A stretch of 64,000 bases of DNA, taken from contig CAMVOS010000002.1 of assembly GCA_947169185.1 (NCBI GenBank), positions 14,080-78,079 on the forward strand, given 5' to 3'. The notes beneath the pieces were generated by a model. It was not told the origin of the DNA. It searched no databases and worked only from the letters and a program-made list of their open reading frames with translations. Shown here one piece after another: positions 1 to 11,600 of this stretch; the stretch's first letter is position 1; every line of letters starts with the position of its first letter. The position numbers were made by a program, and so were the translations under genes. Source of the stretch: an uncultured Prevotella sp. Its GTDB lineage: Bacteria; Bacteroidota; Bacteroidia; Bacteroidales; Bacteroidaceae.

Positions 1-458
1 TCAGGAGTTACAGGAATGTCGCGCTTGATGCTCTGTTCCAATGAGATGAGCGTCTCGGTAGCTACCACGCCAGGAATGTCCTGCAGGCGTCCGTTGAGCA
101 GATGCATGAGCTGTTCGTTGTCGCGTGCATACAGTTTGACCATCATGGTATAGGGACCCGTGGTGAAGTGGCACTCTACGATTTCGGGAATGTGGTGCAG
201 ACGCTCTACGACGTCCTTGTACATCGAGCCACGCTCCAAGGTGATACCAACATAGGTACAGGTCGAGTAGCCCAGACTCTTGGGGTTGACGTCGAAGCCG
301 CTACCCATGATGACACCTGCGTCTATCAAGTGTTGCACACGCTGGTGGATAGCTGCACGGCTCACATTACATTCTGCGGCAACGTCCTTGAATGGTATAC
401 GCGCATTCTTTGACAGAATGCTAAGGATTTTTTTGTCAAGCTTGTCAATTTTTTCCAT
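1..458 (-). CDS. Lrp/AsnC family transcriptional regulator (3' end runs off the window)
   Basis: Manual translation from ATG at 458: MEKIDKLDKKILSILSKNARIPFKDVAAECNVSRAAIHQRV...VECHFTTGPYTMMVKLYARDNEQL, i.e. AsnC HTH plus RAM domain. Not in the ORF track because no stop codon lies inside the window. Confidence 0.92.
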   Translation of the reverse strand, partial: MEKIDKLDKKILSILSKNARIPFKDVAAECNVSRAAIHQRVQHLIDAGVIMGSGFDVNPKSLGYSTCTYVGITLERGSMYKDVVERLHHIPEIVECHFTTGPYTMMVKLYARDNEQLMHLLNGRLQDIPGVVATETLISLEQSIKRDIPVTP

Positions 459-562
459 TGCTTATTGTTTTATTTTACAATTTGTAAGCAAAAGTACGCA
501 TTTTTATTGAAATACCAAACATTTTGCAAGGAAAATATGCGAAAATAGTGCAAAATGATGAC

Positions 563-1195
563 TTATCGTTTGCGGATGAGCGTCAAACCGTCGCGAAGTG
601 GCAGTATGACTTGTTCTACGCGCTCGTCGTGCATCACGTAGTCGTTGAAGGTCTCGATGCCACGAGTCTGTGGGTCGCGGTCGTAGTTATGGTCTACAAC
701 ATGCCCGTCCCATAGCGTGTTGTCAGCGAGGATAAAACCGCCGGGACGCAGGAGAGCGAGTACCGTCTCGTAGGTTTCCTGATAGGTCCGCTTGTCGCCA
801 TCGATAAAAGCCATATCGAAAGTGATGCCCAGCTTTGGAGCCTCTGTATTGGCATCACCAATGATAAAGCGGATGCGGTCAGCAACGGGTGAGCGTTCAA
901 TCCAAGGACGCGTGAAGTCTTCCTGTTCGTCGTTGATTTCGAAGGTGTAGACCATGCCGCCGTCTTCCAATCCTTCGGCCATACAGATGGCGGAGTAACC
1001 GCTGAATGTTCCCACTTCGAGAATATTCTTGGGACGAATCATGTGTACCAGCATCTTGAGCAAACGGCCCTGCAGATGACCTGATGCCATGCGACCGTGC
1101 AGCATGTGGATGTTGGTGGCGCGCCAGAGCTGATATAGATAATCGGGTTCTGGCTCGATATGTGCGAGGATGTAGTCGTCTAATGCATAATTCAT
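563..1195 (-). CDS. Class I SAM-dependent O-methyltransferase (caffeoyl-CoA O-MT/YrrM-like)
   Basis: Motifs ILEVGTFSGYS, FDMAFIDGDK and ILADNTLWDG. Confidence 0.9.
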   Translation of the reverse strand: MNYALDDYILAHIEPEPDYLYQLWRATNIHMLHGRMASGHLQGRLLKMLVHMIRPKNILEVGTFSGYSAICMAEGLEDGGMVYTFEINDEQEDFTRPWIERSPVADRIRFIIGDANTEAPKLGITFDMAFIDGDKRTYQETYETVLALLRPGGFILADNTLWDGHVVDHNYDRDPQTRGIETFNDYVMHDERVEQVILPLRDGLTLIRKR

Positions 1196-1204
1196 AATGC
1201 ATAA

Positions 1205-1621
1205 TTAATAACACAGCGCTTCGATGGCAAGGCGATAGCTGTCGAGTCCGAAGCCGCAGATGACACCACGGCAGGCAGCGGAAATCATCGAATGGTGGCG
1301 GAACTCCTCGCGCTGGTGGACATTGCTGATGTGTACCTCGATGACAGGAGCTTTCAGCGAACGGATGCAGTCGTGCAGGGCAACGGAGGTATGTGTGTAA
1401 GCACCGGCATTCAGCACGATACCGTCGTAGGTGAAACCGACTTCCTGCATCTTGTTGATGAGTTCGCCCTCGATGTTACTCTGGTAATACTCGATCTCCA
1501 CATCGGGATACTGGGCCTGCAACTTGGGCAGATACTGCTCGAAGGATGACGAACCATAGATACCAGGCTCGCGGACGCCCAGCAGGTTTAAATTTGGACC
1601 ATTGACAATGAGAATTTTCAT
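1205..1621 (-). CDS. aroQ: Type II 3-dehydroquinate dehydratase
   Basis: Motifs NGPNLNLLGVREPGIYG and IEVHISNVHQREEFRHHS. Start placed at MKILIV (ATG 1621) rather than at the ORF-track start 1678. Confidence 0.96.
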   Translation of the reverse strand: MKILIVNGPNLNLLGVREPGIYGSSSFEQYLPKLQAQYPDVEIEYYQSNIEGELINKMQEVGFTYDGIVLNAGAYTHTSVALHDCIRSLKAPVIEVHISNVHQREEFRHHSMISAACRGVICGFGLDSYRLAIEALCY

Positions 1622-1661
1622 AATTTTCTTTCTGATGATTTCGCTATTGCGGATTATTTCG

Positions 1662-1683
1662 TAACTTTGTGGCGGCAAAGATA
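1662..1683. promoter_or_regulatory. Overlapping divergent Bacteroidota -7 promoter boxes for xerD (+) and aroQ (-)
   Basis: TAACTTTG at 1662-1669 (+) and TATCTTTG at 1683-1676 (-) both match the TAnnTTTG consensus. Confidence 0.65.
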
Positions 1684-1692
1684 CGAAATAAA

Positions 1693-2610
1693 ATGGAAAC
1701 TGACAAGAAAACGCCTACAAATATCATCCGCAGCTACCAACGCTATCTGAAACTGCAGCGCGGCTATTCGCCCAATACATTGGAAGCGTATATGCGCGAC
1801 CTGCAGAAGTTGATAGGCTATTTGGAGGATGTGAATAAGGATGTTTTTGACGTTAAGTTAGCGGACTTGCAGCACTTTGCCGCCTCGTTGCACGACATCG
1901 GTATCCATGCACGTTCGCAATGTCGTATCCTGAGCGGTGTGCGTTCTTTCTTCCGTTTCCTGGAGTTAGAAGGCTATCGTGATGACGACCCCAGTGAACT
2001 CTTGGAGTCGCCGGTATTGGGCGAACACTTGCCTGAAGTACTCTCAGCAGAGGAAGTCGATATGTTGGAAGGTGCTATCGACCTGTCGAAATGGGAGGGC
2101 CAGCGCAATCGTACCATTATCGAAGTACTCTTTTCTTGTGGACTGCGTGTCTCTGAACTGGTAAACCTGAAACTCTCCGACCTCTTCTTACAGGAACAGT
2201 ACGTCCGTGTCGTTGGAAAAGGCTCGAAAGAACGCTTGGTGCCCATCTCACCTCGCGCCATCAAAGAATTGGACTACTGGTTTATGGACCGTAGCGAGAT
2301 GAAGATAAAGCCCGGTGAGGAAGACTATGTGTTCCTGAACCGACGGGGCGCCCATCTTACTCGCGTCATGATACTCATCATGATTAAGGAAACAGCAGTA
2401 GCAGCAGGCATCCAGAAGACCATTTCGCCACACACCCTGCGCCACTCCTTTGCTACAGCCCTGCTCGAAGGCGGTGCCGATCTTCGTGCCATCCAGGCCA
2501 TGCTGGGCCACGAATCGATAGGAACGACAGAGATTTATACCCACATCGATATGTCGACATTAAGGGAGCAAATTCTGAATCACCATCCGCGCAATATGAA
2601 ACACAAATGA
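1693..2610 (+). CDS. xerD: Site-specific tyrosine recombinase XerD/XerC
   Basis: Motifs GLRVSEL, GKGSKER, HTLRHSFATALLEGGADLRAIQAMLGH and TTEIY. The divergent aroQ neighbour is the usual Bacteroidales context. Confidence 0.88.
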   Translation: METDKKTPTNIIRSYQRYLKLQRGYSPNTLEAYMRDLQKLIGYLEDVNKDVFDVKLADLQHFAASLHDIGIHARSQCRILSGVRSFFRFLELEGYRDDDPSELLESPVLGEHLPEVLSAEEVDMLEGAIDLSKWEGQRNRTIIEVLFSCGLRVSELVNLKLSDLFLQEQYVRVVGKGSKERLVPISPRAIKELDYWFMDRSEMKIKPGEEDYVFLNRRGAHLTRVMILIMIKETAVAAGIQKTISPHTLRHSFATALLEGGADLRAIQAMLGHESIGTTEIYTHIDMSTLREQILNHHPRNMKHK

Positions 2611-2654
2611 TGGCAGGTACCTGTCACCTGCCATCTTTGTCACCTGCCATCTTT
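2609..2654. terminator. Hairpin between convergent genes, with a 16-bp tandem duplication
   Basis: GATGGCAGGT (2609-2618) pairs with ACCTGCCATC (2626-2635). GTCACCTGCCATCTTT occurs at 2623-2638 and again at 2639-2654. Confidence 0.55.
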
Positions 2655-2657
2655 CCC

Positions 2658-5600
2658 TCACTTCGCTCGTTTAATCGTGACCTTCTGTCCGTGATGGATA
2701 TATACACCCGGCTGCGTAGGCTTGCGACCAATCTTGAAGCCTTGCAACGTCCACCAGTCGTCATCGTCGTTGTCATCAACGGTGATTTCATTGATACCCG
2801 ACAGCACATTGCTCAGGTCGATGACGTAAGGCTCCCACGGCGTGCCGATGTTGGCATCGCTGCTGAAGGTTATATCAGTAACGAGAGGAATGACATTACT
2901 ATTGATGGCAACTTGGAGCTCCATCGGTTTGCCATAGCCCTCGCCAGCGATAAGGAGATAGTAAAGCCCGTTCGTAGCAGTAGCGGCGCCTCGACACTCA
3001 CCGTCGATGAAGGCTCCCAGTTCAGCATCGGACACCGTCTCCTCGTCATCGACGAGCTTGACGACCATCGACATGTTGTCGGGATAGTTTTCCGGATTAA
3101 CAGGAGTAAACATGGTGAGCTCAGGAGCCCGGTTGGTCTCCACAGCCCTTGCTTTATTAGAAGCTACCGGTGCGGCAGGATAGACGAACGCTTTAGTGGT
3201 TTCGTCAACGCTATAGTAGAGATAGCCCTTGCCGCTCTCCATAGCGTCGAGGTTACCCTCCCAGCCGTAGGGACCGTAGAATGCGAAGCCCTGCTGCGAC
3301 TTCACCTGGTCGCCCTCCTGCGGGTTGGCACCGGCCAGAGACCTGTCGAGTGTCATACTGACGGTAGGTATATAGGCAATCCAGTTCCAGCCTTTCTTCA
3401 GCGTCACCTTCGTCTCGGCAGCCTTCACGGATTCACCGGTAACAGGCAGCAACGAAGGCATCTCCATGTTCCTGCTCTTTGGCGAGTCTTTGATTTCCAT
3501 CTTGTACATGGTGTTGGCATGTATGTTGGCGAGCGTGCCGTCCCAATAGGTGCCGTTGCAGTAATGGATGCCGGTAGAGCGGTCCTTGATATGGACGTTC
3601 CACGGCGTGAGGTCCTTGAACACCATGTCAGTCTTCGTTTCCTTCGGCTCGACACCGAGCGAAATCCAGTTCCAGCCACCCTTCAGCTTCAGCTCCTGCT
3701 CCATGAGGTTGCTCTTAGCGAAGATGACGGGGCTGTTGAAATTGCCGTATGTCTTCGAGTCGTCGAAGGTGATGTTGACGGGCGAGCCGTCCATCGTGGT
3801 ATTGACGTTGGCATAGACCACACCCTTCGAGGCGTCCCAGATGCGGAAGGTGATGGGCTTGCCGTTGTCCAGGTTCACTAATGTGCCGTTCTTGTTCTGC
3901 TGTGCCGTGCCGTAGATGCTCATTGCCACGTAGGCAGCGCCGCGCATGGGCCGTATCTCGGCCACGCCTCGGCATTCGTTGTCGATGAATGCTGCCAGGC
4001 GGCTTTCGCTGTTGCTCATCAGCACGCTGTTGACATAGACCTGCCCCACGATGCTCATCGAGTTTTCGTACTTGCCGGGATCGACCGTCCAATCGGGAGC
4101 CTCGCCGCGAACCTTCATCACGATGCGCAGCGGCTCCATGATTTCCTGATTGCCTTGCAGACCAACCGTGATGTCGTAGTTACCAACGGCTACCAGCGGT
4201 TTCACCCAGAAGCGCAGCGTCTTCTGCGACTCCGGTGCTACGGTGCCTTCCGTCTCTACGGGCGTACCGTCAAGGTTGACGACTTCAAGCCAAGAGCGCA
4301 TATTGCTCAGCGAGTAGTATTCGGTGTTGCCACCCAGGTTCTTGATGTCTACGTCGAAGTAGTAATCCTCGCCGTAGGGTTTGATAATGGTCACGGAGTC
4401 CTTCATCCATAACAAGGTATTCTTACGCACGTAGGCCGTCCAGCGGATGGGCTCCGACTGGTTGCCGTGCATGTCGTGAACCTTGTCCAAAGTGATGTTC
4501 AGCTGGCAGCCTTCCAGTTCACTGGCCGTCACGCCAGAGGTGTTGCGCAGCCTGATGACCACCTTGCGGTCTGATGCCGTAGGCGTAGCAGTAAGCCTGC
4601 TTTCCGCAATGGCGTTCTTCAGCGGCGGTGCGACGGATGCCTGCAACTCCGTTTGCTGTGCTACGGTATTTGCCAGAATATCATTACCAGAGTTGCCAAG
4701 GGCCATATCCTTGAGCGTGAAGACCTTCGTCTGTACACCAAAGACCACGCTGTCCTTCTCGAAGGGATAGTATGCCACGAGGCCGCGCGAGTAGATGTCG
4801 GCGGTGTCCAGCGTGTTGTACATGTTCTGCAACAGGCGTTTCTCCGAGAGTGTAGCCCGCCAGATGCGCAGCTCGTCGATGTTACCCTTCGAGTTTTCGC
4901 CAAGCTTCATCCTGCTACCCGTCAGTGCCGGCATATCGGCTTCGGCAATGACCGCCGTACGCTTGCCGTCCACAAAGAATACTGCCGACTGTCCGCGTAC
5001 CACGTTCAGTGCCAAGTGGTGCCAGTCGCCGTAGGGTGCCACGTCGGTGGTAGCCACCGTCTGCTTCTTCAGACCATAGGCGAGCACCATGTTCTTGTCT
5101 TCGTCGTAGTACAGCTTCAGGCGGTTTGCATCCTTAGAGCCAGTTTCGAAGACTGACTCTGTGCCTGCTCCGGAAGCCTTACCCATGTGCCACAGCTCGA
5201 TAGCATAGCTGTCCTCGGCAAAGGTATTGACAGCGGCGATGTTGGCCTCGACGGCCGAGCCGTCCTGTACGTGCTCCATACCTAAAGCATAGTTCACGTT
5301 GTTGATGAGCCACTGCTGGTTGACGATGAAGTCGTGGGTATTGCGCGTGTCGGCAGCCACAGTGCCGTGACCTTCATCCATCGCCCAGTGGTTGGTCATG
5401 CCGTAGACGTAGCCGTTCTTGGTCTGATACTTCGTAGCGGCGGCGTCTACAAGGTCACGACAGATGTTATATATCGTCAGGTCGTGCATGGCACCCTTCA
5501 TGTTGCCTAAGTAGATGTAGTTGTCGTCAGAATACGAGATGGACGCTATCGCCATCGAATCGACCGGTGCCTTTTTAAACAGCGTAAGGTTGCTGGTGCC

Positions 5601-8600
5601 GCTCTGTGCCAGAGCCGACATCGTCATATCCGATTCCTTGTAGTTCACGGCCACGTAGGTCCACTCGTCCTTAGGCAGCACGTCGCGGCTGATGAACTGG
5701 GCAGTACCGATGTTCACCTCGAAGTGGCCGTCGTCGGTGACACCCAGGACGAAGCGGTCGCGGCCGTTCCGCAGGATGGTACCGGCCTCACTCCACTTCA
5801 TCCAGAATTCGAGGGTGAAGTCGCCGTTCATATAGACGGGATTCACCGTACGCTGCTCGCCCTCGCCGCCCAACTGCTTGGCCACGTCGTGAACCACCTG
5901 CTGGCTGTTCAGCTTAGCGGTAACAATGACGTTCTTATCGGTCACATAGCCGGGCACGATGTCCTCGTTGAACTCTACCATGATGTCGTCGCCATAGCCC
6001 AATATGCCGTTTGTCGGCGTAGGCGTGGTGAGCTGGCGCGGTCGCGTCAGGTCTTTGACGACGGTGATGACATCGCTGTAGACGTGAACCAGCTCAGTGC
6101 CGTAAGGCGTTGTGGTGAAGGCGCGGAACTCATACTGCCCCTCCGGATAACTCAGGTCACTGCCCATATTCAGCTTCAGGCGAAGGTCGCCCGTAGCAGG
6201 CAGCATGCTAAAGCTGGTGCTGGTAGAGTCGGCACGGTCGGTCACCCACGTATGAAGGTCAGTCCATGCGGTGCTACCCTCGAAGCGATACTGTACGCCC
6301 ACATTCTTCAGGTTCGTGAACTGGCGGTCGAAGTTCGTCAGCTTCATCACCAGACAGCTGTCGTTGGCAGCGAACGTCTCGTTGTTGAACACCGACTCGG
6401 TGACAACCAGATCGACGGGCGACGACGAAGGCTTGAAGTGTACGCTGAGTTTGCATTTGTCGAAAATGTCCAAAGGCTGATATTGCGATGCGAACATGAT
6501 CTCCACGTTCTCAAAGTCGAGCACGCTCTGATCGGTCTGTCGCACAGTGATGATCTTCTTCACAGTCCCGCCGGCGGGAATGGGGACGCTACGCCCATTG
6601 GCCGGCACACCGTCCATCAGCACTTCCAGACCTTTCTGGTTGGACGATTCTTTCACTCTCACCTGATAGGCGAATGGTACGTCCTGATTGGTCGTCGTAT
6701 TGTTGGTCAGATGCAGGGTAAACTGCCCCGTACCGCCGGCTGGAACGTCAGTCAGCGTGGCACTCTTCGCACCAATGGCCCCGTCGGTGCTGATGCTGAT
6801 GTCGGGCTGTTCCATCTGCTCCGTGCCGTAGGAGATGACATGCTTCTTCTCCGGCTCATAATACTCGGCATACTCTTTGTCCTCGTAGGGGTTATAGCTC
6901 TGGCCGCCTCGCAGCAGGAACACATCGCTCCAGCCTTGTGGCGAGCGCATGATGTCGACGGTGAAGTCGGTGCCGGGGTTGCCATCGTTGAACTCATACT
7001 CAAACTCATGATAAGTTTTGGTGTTATTGGCAGAGTCGCCCTTCACTTGGCCACCCTGAAATCCTACTTCCACCTTAAATATCATGTCAGATTTGTATAA
7101 TGAACCACCAGCATCAAACCCCATCTTATGTGTATTCTCAACAACCAGGCCCACACTTCCAGAATGCTCATTTGTTGCGGTTTTCGTCGTGTCACGTCGC
7201 TCAGAGTAGGTATAAGCGGCTCCACCGTCGAAGGAGCGGTTCTCCTTGTAGTAATCATGGTCCTTAGCCGCCTCTATCTTGTCTCGCTCATTCTCACTTA
7301 ATCGAGCTTTCCATTGTAATACAGATTGGTTGTAGTGCATCACCATGTCCTGCGATTGACCACTCTTCTTCGGTTTCCAAACATAGGTACCTTCTTGCCC
7401 GTAATTCGGGTCGTCGCGCTTCAACCATGTCAGATAGACGTCTTTGTCGGAATCATATGTAGAGTTCACAGCAGTAAGACTATCCGTCACAGGTTCCAGC
7501 AGCGCATTGCGGGTGGCAATCAGTTTGGGAATCATGGTCTCCTTGATTTCCAGGGCAGAATAGACGAAGTCGGTCTTGATACTGTCATTGATGCTCACGG
7601 CCTCCTTCAAGTCCAGCACGACGCCATCCCCCTCACGGTAGAAGCCCAGTTTACGACAGGTGCCGATGATCCAGTTGTGCGACTTGCCGATGAACAGGTC
7701 ACCATTAGCACCCACATATTTCGATCCCGTGCTGGTACTGATGTTCTCAGCTTCGGTATAGACATAGGTTTTCTCGTTATGTTTCGTCCATTTCCATTTT
7801 GCTGTTTCACCCACCACTAACGTATTGGTTAATGTGGTACGAGTAACAACCTGAACACCCTCTCCTACTGAGACTGTATTATCATTCCCCCAGACGAAGT
7901 CCCAATGGTATCCCTCACTCCCGTACATGCCTCTTGTTTTGTAATCAATCTCTGTCCAGCTTTTACCTGTTTTCCAAGTGGTCCTGCTTTTGGCGCCTGG
8001 TGGGTCGCGCAGCACCATATCTACGTGATCAGGACCTTCAGTCACAAAATTGTTGCCGTTAGTCAGCTCACCAAGCACTACGCCGTTTACTTTCGGCCCC
8101 GTATAGGTACGCCCGTTGCGCTCGAACTCAATGCTGAACTGTCGCGTGTAGGGATACTTCACGCTGGGCATGCCGGTGGTGAAGGTGATTTCGTTTGTTC
8201 CCTCATCGTCCAACCGCACCTGATTGTACTTCAGGTCGTAGATGTCGCCTGCCTTCAGATTGGTAAGAGCGGAGTCAGTGACCTGTGCCACCACGGCCTG
8301 CTCGTCGCTCATTTCATTGGCCACAGTCAGCACCAGCCCGTTCAGTGGAATGATGTCGCGCACGGCCTCGCCCGCATCCTTGTTGACATAGACTTCGAAG
8401 CCTCGAACGCCGAAGGTATATTTCTCCTTACGGGCGAAGACGGGGAATCCATAGGTGTAATTGACGGGGCCGTTCTCTCGCGTCCAGATGTCTTTGATAT
8501 CCACCTTCTCGACACTGCTCACGGCGTAATTCTTCATTTCCTTCTCACCGAAGGCACCGTCGCCGCCCACCTGCCACAGTTCCACCTGAGGCTCGGCAAA

Positions 8601-11600
8601 GTACGTCCATACCTTCTTCGTGTTATAGCTGTATTTCACCCACACCGAGTCACCTTTTGCCGTCTGTTGTGGCAACGAGTCGGCCAACTCCTTCGCCACA
8701 CTGCTCAGGTCAATTTCCGGCAGCGAGGCAAACTCTATATCGTCGTTGTTGTCCACACGGATGCTCTTCGTTTTATACTTCAGCGGAGGCAGCAAGACTG
8801 AAAACTCGCCAGTGAGTGAGTCGGTACGGATATAAATGTACTTCTCAAAGTCGCCAGTACCCGTCCAGGAGTGACTGCGAATGGCAGTGGTGTCGCTCTC
8901 CCACGGGCGGTTGGAAGCAGCTGAGGTGATGTGGTCGTCCTTACAGTTGAAAGAGAACGACTCGTTGTTCAGCGCCAGCGTGATGGTGGTCATGCCGATG
9001 TTGTTGTTAGATTGGGCAAAGCCCACAGCAAGCGTATCGTTGCGCTCACCACCAGCCACACGTCCCACGAAGTTGACCAGCGTGGAGTCGGCAAAGTCGT
9101 AGGTGACGGCGCGGTCGAAATCAAACGTACCCTCTGTGGGGAAGCGACCGCCGGCAACCATCGTGTGCCCGCTGAGCGTGGCCTCCACATAGTGTTTGCC
9201 GATGGGTACCGAGATGCTGTAGTAGCCATTACTATCGGTCTGCTTCAGTTCGCCGTTGCCCGTCACCAGCTCGCCGTCTATCTTAAACTGCATACCCTCC
9301 ACGGGAATATTCGTGCCAGCATAGTAAACATAGCCTTCCATGGGGAATGACGACACGTCCTCGAAATCGGTCTTGCTATGGACGAGCGACTCATCGCTGA
9401 TAAAGGCTATGCTCTTGTTGGGATTAAACTCATGGATGCCATACGAGGGGGTGACACTATAGGTGGTTCCGCCACCGCTGAAGGGGATGCCCTGTATCAC
9501 GTAGTTGCCATCCTTATCGGTTTTAGCCCTAAGGGCTAAGGCACCAGGTGTCACGGTCGATGACTGAGCGTTGCTCGTCACCTTGCCGTGATGCTTATGG
9601 AAATTAGTACCCTCGCGCGAATAGTCGAAGAACTGGGTGCGCAGCCCCTCGTCGAAGGTCCAGTAGGTCTCCAAATCCCGCTCGTTGCCCACGAGCAGAT
9701 GGTCGTAGTTCTCTAAGATATCGTCCTCAGTAAGTGCTTTCGTCCACAGGCGGAACTCATCGATAGCGCCCTTGAAGTGACCCATCTCAAACTGTGTGAC
9801 ACCCTCCAGTTCCAGACCGCGTACCAGTTTCAGACTCGCTTTCTGGATGACGGGATTGTTGATACTATCGGGAGTCAGCACAACGACGGTCAGCGAGTCA
9901 GCCTTGCGGCTCAGCACGACGTGGTTGAATTTATTTTTGCGTAGCATAATTCCCTCAAACCGATGCGTCATTATCTCGCTGCCATTGCTGGTCTGCTTAG
10001 GTTCCAGATTGCCGTTATTCACCGTCCAGCCCGAGCCGAGTTTAGCCAGCAATGTATTCTGATCCATTCCCTCAGCGCTGGTACCCTGAACGAGTTTTAA
10101 GGCCTGTGTATAGTAGTTGTTAGAGTTTGGATCCAGCGTCCCGAAGTGCAAGTGGCAGAAGGTTGCATTGTTAGTGGAAAAATCAATCTTCAACTCTTCC
10201 GGTGCAAAGAGACAGTTATTAATGGATAGAGAGTCATTGGCATCGCTCACGAATCCTGCCCACATTTGTCCAATGGTGCCGGTGCCAATCATCTTGCCAT
10301 TGAAGAGACTGTTGGTAATGGTCATGTTGTTATAACTATCTCCGACAAATCCGCCATGCCAGCTGTAGTTCCTGGTGCTGTTAATGGTGGCACTGACGAT
10401 ACAGTTGCTGATGGAGGTAACACCTTGGGAGTAGCCGATAAGACCACCAGCACCTGATCGCGACGAAACAATGGAGCCAGCCACGCGCAGGTTCCGGATA
10501 GTGGCATTGTTAACATAGCGGAACGGTGTGGCATAGTTTTCATCCAGGTTGATGTCAACTGTCAGCGTGTGACCATTACCGTCGAAGGTTCCTGAGTAGC
10601 GATGGTCGCTGTTGCCTATCAGTGTGGCCGAGCTGCCCAGTTGCACGTCGGCCACCATGATGGCACTCAGACTGGTGTTGCCGCTGTTCACTTCCTTGGC
10701 AAAATTCTCCCAGTCGTCAGTGCTACCAATAGTTATCAAGCCCTCCGTAAAGGTCAGTCCGCCCTCAGATGTCATGCTCAGTGATACGTTATTACCGAAG
10801 TCCATGACGCGGCTGTTGGAAAGCTCCTCAGGATACATCCAGAACTGGGTGGAAAAGTCGCCGTCAGCCAGTTTTTCCTTGATGTATGTTTTCGAAGGAT
10901 ATTTCCACCTCACGACACCTATTGAGTCGTTGAAGTATATAGAGTGGAACTGCCCTGAGTTGTTGTTGTCAACATCAGTATCGGCTATGGTCATCTTCAC
11001 ATCCACGCCCTTCACTGCCACACCCGATGCGCCGTAGGCAATGCGACCCGTCACCGTGCCTGAACTCTTGGCAAAGCCGGTGTCGGAAAGTCCATTGTGG
11101 TGAATCGTACCGTCGTCGCACTTGTCTTCCACAGTGACGCGGTAGTCGTAGAAGATGCCCGGCAGAGCGGTGTCGTCGGTATAGAACAGAAATTCGTCGG
11201 TTGACGACAGACGCGTCAGCGTCTCCCATGCTTCATCCTCCTGCTCAGCACGGCGGCGCTCTATGATGTAGGTCTTCAAAATCTCGGAGCCTTGCAGGTT
11301 CACATGCCACGAGAGTTTGACAGCACCTTCATAGACACCCTTCGAGGCATCAAGGCCGTAAAACAACGTACCTTGACCGATGGACCTATTATTAACTGTC
11401 TGCGTGTTGAGTACCTTGTCGTCGATGACGCCCTTAATGTGGTAGGTGTGTGGGTCGCACACGTTCAGTGGTTCCTCAGTATAATAGTTATCTCCGTCCG
11501 TGCCGTTCACGCGGTTTTTGTGCTGATCGGTGGTGCGGTGCTCCCAGCAGAAGTTGGTCTGCATATCGGTGGGCGTGATGGTGATGATGGGGGCGGTCTC

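Noticed and set aside
1693-2610. xerD as the integrase of the adjacent island
   Set aside because: Sequence and aroQ linkage fit the housekeeping Xer recombinase, and no att-like direct repeats flanking the island were found.
2607-9350. Long + strand ORFs (2607-3881, 5724-7100, 7905-8801 and others)
   Set aside because: Antisense shadows of the GC3-rich giant gene, with no recognisable motifs.
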